Part shown: positions 60,659 to 64,000 of the stretch, piece by piece | Numbering within the stretch: position 1 is the stretch's first letter | Layout of the letters: the number at the start of each line of letters is the position of its first letter | NCBI GenBank assembly: GCA_002269645.1 | Contig: NIVC01003121.1 | Span: forward strand, 1-64,000 | DNA length: 64,000 nucleotides | Source of the DNA: Macrostomum lignano | Taxonomy: Eukaryota | Direction: 5' to 3' | Program-made: the position numbers and the translations under genes | Notes under the pieces: model-generated | Seen by the model: only the letters and a program-made list of their open reading frames with translations | Told to the model about the DNA's origin: nothing | Databases searched by the model: none

Positions 60659-63600
60659 TCACGGCTCCACCTCTGCGTACATGGCGTCGAAGGCGTCGGC
60701 GAACCGCTTGCGCAACTGCGGCCGCTTCAGCTTCATCGTGGGCGTCATCAGGTCGTTCTCGGCGCTGAAAGGCTCGGGGTGCAGCAGGATGGCCTTCACC
60801 TGGCGAGGGTTGTTGAGGTGGAGGCGATGTTGAGTTTATATTTTAAAAAGCTTAGGCATGAATTGAAGTTAAGACACTCAGAATCACTCAAGATATCTCA
60901 ACGGAAACCTAAAATGGTCTCAAAGTTAACTGAGACTTGATGCCTTTGGGTCTCACTCACGCTTCTTATTTTACAGCGTTTATAATTGCTTCATTTCGTT
61001 CTTCTTTAATTCACAGCTCCACCGATTGACCGCCTGGTTTGTGTGTTTCTTTATTGCCGTTATTTTTTTCTTTTTCTGTGTTACCTTATATACTATTTTG
61101 TGTATTATACATTTTAGTACGCTTTCCATTTGTGTATATATCCTGTTTGTAAGGCTTTATTAGGCTTTATTTTGTATCGCTGTTACATTACAAGTTATTT
61201 AAATTAGAGCTTTTGGTATCCAATATGGCCATGCAGTTTATTTGTTTAAGTGCACTCCCTGTTCCCTGTGACTCCTCAGCCAGTGTTCAGAGTTTGCACA
61301 AGTTTGCGCAACTTATCCTGTGCAGTGTACGAAATTTGAGTACGTATCCGTTTCTTCTTCTCGTTCCAATGTCAGATGGGGTCGAAACACAGGAAACAAA
61401 TTCTTCAAAACGTCAAATATCAGTTCTTTTTTCCATACCTCCTGCAAAAAATGGTTACCTTTCTCGTGTTTTTATACTTTTTTAGACTACGATTCAAATC
61501 CGTCACCTGTAAGTCTGTGTTCTTGCGGCTAAGATTTCTGCAGGCTTAAAAAAGTTGTCTATGATAGCAAGCCGGCAAAGCTGTGGGCCATGGTACCGGG
61601 TTCGATAGGGTTAAACTTATCAGATCACCGAAAGCCAGCCACCCTGTGAACACTGAAGGTTATCGGAGAAAACCTAAGGTCACCTCAGATCACCATTCAA
61701 GGTCACCTCAGATCACCATTCAAGGTCACCTCAGATCACCATTCAAGGTCACCTCAGATCACCATTCAAGGTCACCTAAGATCACCATTCAAGGTCACCT
61801 CAGATCACCATTCAAGGTCACCTAAGATCACCATTCAAGGTCACCTCAGATCACCATTCAAGGTCACCTCAGATCACCATTCAAGGTCACCTAAGATCAC
61901 CATTCAAGGTCACCTAAGATCACCATTCAAGGTCACCTCAGATCACCATTCAAGGTCACCTCAGATCACCATTCAAGGTCACCTCAGATCACCATTCAAG
62001 GTCACCTCAGATCATCATTCAAGATCAACTCAGATCACCATTCAAGGTTACCTCAGATCACCATTCAAGGTCACCTAAGATCATCACTTTAGACCACATG
62101 ATATCACCCGTCAGTCCAAGCTACTGGAAGCGGCAGCCCAGTCAGCCAGCAAATCCAGCAACCAACCTGCTCGAAGCTCTGCAGCCCCTTCTGCTTGCCC
62201 AGCTGCTGCAGCTCGCCCAGCAGGTGCGCCTTGAATCCGGCGCTGCCGCAGGCCGCGGCCAGCAGCTCTGGAGGCGAATCGCCAGCCGCAGCCGCCGTGT
62301 CCGCGGATTCTTGGCCAGCCAGGCCTTGGCGGCGTCCAACGTTGGCACCACGACGCCGAGCAGGCAGGAGCGCTCGCTGCGGCCATCAACAAAGACCTGA
62401 TCGATGGCCGGGTTCAGGCAGTACACCAGCTCGATCTTCTCCGGCGCGATGTACTCGCCCTGGGCCAGCTTGAACAGGTGCTTGACCCGGTCAACGATGC
62501 GGTAGGAGCCGCCGGGAGCAGCTGGGCGATGTCGCCGGTGTGCACCCAGCCGTCGGAGTCAAGAGTCTCGGCCGAGCGCTCCGGCTGCTTGAAGTAGCCA
62601 GCGAAGCAGGTCGGGCCGCGGATGCACAACTCGCCGCGACCGTCAGCCTCCGCATTCGGACAGTCGGCGTCGGGGGCGTCAGCGAGGCGGACTTCAATGC
62701 CCAGCATCGGCCGGCCGGTGTGGTTGCTGGCCGGGTCGCCGGGCCGCTGGCACAGGCCGAGGCCGCAGGTTTCCGTCTGGCCGAAACCCTGCGGGGGTCG
62801 GGGAGGTGAGGGACGCTCGGATGGATCGATAGCAGAGAGGTTGCAGGAAGAGTGGGAGCGAGGGGTGAGAGACGGGAGTTAAAAGGAGTAAAGGGAGATC
62901 AAAATGGGAGCGACAGGAAGGATGGAGAGGGAGCGGGAGAAGTAGAGGAAGGATGGAGAGGGAGCGGGAGAAGTAGAGGAGGATGGAGAGGAGCGGGAGA
63001 AGTAGAGGAGGATGGAGAGGGAGCGGGAGAAGTAGAGGGAGGATGGAGAGGGAGCGGGAGAAGTAGAGGGAGGATGGAGAGGGAGCGGGAGAAGTAGAGG
63101 GAGGATGGAGAGGGAGCGGGAGAAGTAGAGGGAGGATGGAGAGGGAGCGGGAGAAGTAGAGGGAGGATGGAGAGGGAGCGGGAGAAGTAGAGGGAGGATG
63201 GAGAGGGAGCGGGAGAAGTAGAGGGAGGATATAGGTAGGGAAAAGTAGGCGAGGGAGAGGAAGAAGTAGAGTTACGGAAGACTGTAGAGAAGTGCACCAG
63301 TAGTTTAAAAACGTCAGCCCCAAAGCACTGTCCCCCTATTAAGTCGCCGAATTCTTCAACACAAGAAGTGCAGCGCTGGTCCTCCAAAAGTTCGCCCAGC
63401 TCTCTCACCTGCACCACCGGGCAGCCCAGCGCGGCCTTCACAAAGTTCAGCGTGTCCGCAGAAATCGGCGCCCCGCCAACGGCTACAAAGCGGACGCGGC
63501 CGCCCAGGCCTTCCTGGACGCGGCGGAACACCAGCCGATCCCACAGCGTGTCCTTGTCAACCCGGAGCTGCGACAGCCGGCGGCTCTTGCGGGACAGCGC

Positions 63601-63675
63601 CGTGTCAAGGATGGCCGACTTCAGCCGGCTGCCCGACACCGCTGTCAGGGCGCGCTCGCGAATGCGGCTCAGGAC
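60659..63675 (-). CDS. ACSL: Mirror copy of the ACSL gene, last three exons only (63409-63675, 62167-62788, 60659-60799); the rest lies beyond the window
   Basis: Near-identical reverse complement of 4010-6936; exon 63409-63675 is intact; two 1-C deletions (~62305, ~62513) in the exon that is intact in the left copy. Confidence 0.92.
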
Positions 63676-64000
63676 CTGCGGGCGGCGGCCAGTGACAGCT
63701 GATTGGATGATGATTGGAAACTTTACTCCTGTCTCTCTACACTGCTGAATCAACCATCTCCCTTCCTGATCTGCCCCTATCCCACCCTGACCCTATCCCT
63801 CCCTGATCCGCCCTATCCCTCCCTGATCCGCCCCTATCCCCTGATCCGCCCCTCTGCCCCCTGATCCGCCCCTCCCTCCCTGATCGCCCCTCTGTCCCTC
63901 CCTGATCCGCCCCTCTTTCCCTCCCTGATCCGCCCCTCTGTCCCTCCCTGATCCGCCCTCTTTCCCTCCTGATCCGCCCTCTGTCCCTCCCTGATCCGCC

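Larger units (their letters stand above)
3600..64000. repeat. Large inverted duplication: arms ~3600-33244 and 33635-64000, with spacer 33245-33592 and N gap 33593-33634
   Basis: Every gene and repeat appears in mirrored order and opposite orientation; coordinate sums are 66879-67802 for homologous anchors. Confidence 0.97.

Overview
Eukaryotic (metazoan) genomic DNA with GC-rich spliced genes and a different minisatellite in most introns. The style suggests a flatworm such as Macrostomum, which is inference only. The window is dominated by an inverted duplication with ~30 kb arms (~3600-33244 mirrored by 33635-64000) joined across a ~350 bp single-copy spacer and a 42-N gap. It may be a real palindrome or two haplotypes/paralogous contigs scaffolded tail-to-tail. 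Each arm carries, all co-oriented toward the centre: a long-chain acyl-CoA synthetase, an orphan Q/A-rich ORF, a 4-EF-hand calmodulin-like protein with two long acidic repeat arms, a CCDC181-like coiled-coil gene, a WD40 gene, a 5'-truncated RTE-like retrotransposon and an intronless alkaline phosphatase with a predicted GPI signal. The most notable observation is in the left calmodulin-like gene. There ~250 bp of exon is replaced by a fragment homologous to the neighbouring CCDC181-like gene, including its splice acceptor. With a GTGAGA donor just upstream this predicts a new 177-bp intron and an in-frame chimeric protein. Also seen: mosaic divergence between arms, an internally inverted 16-bp satellite, a templated-insertion repair scar and many 1-bp G/C-run deletions that look like long-read consensus errors. 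Splice models were derived by eye; identities are by-eye estimates.
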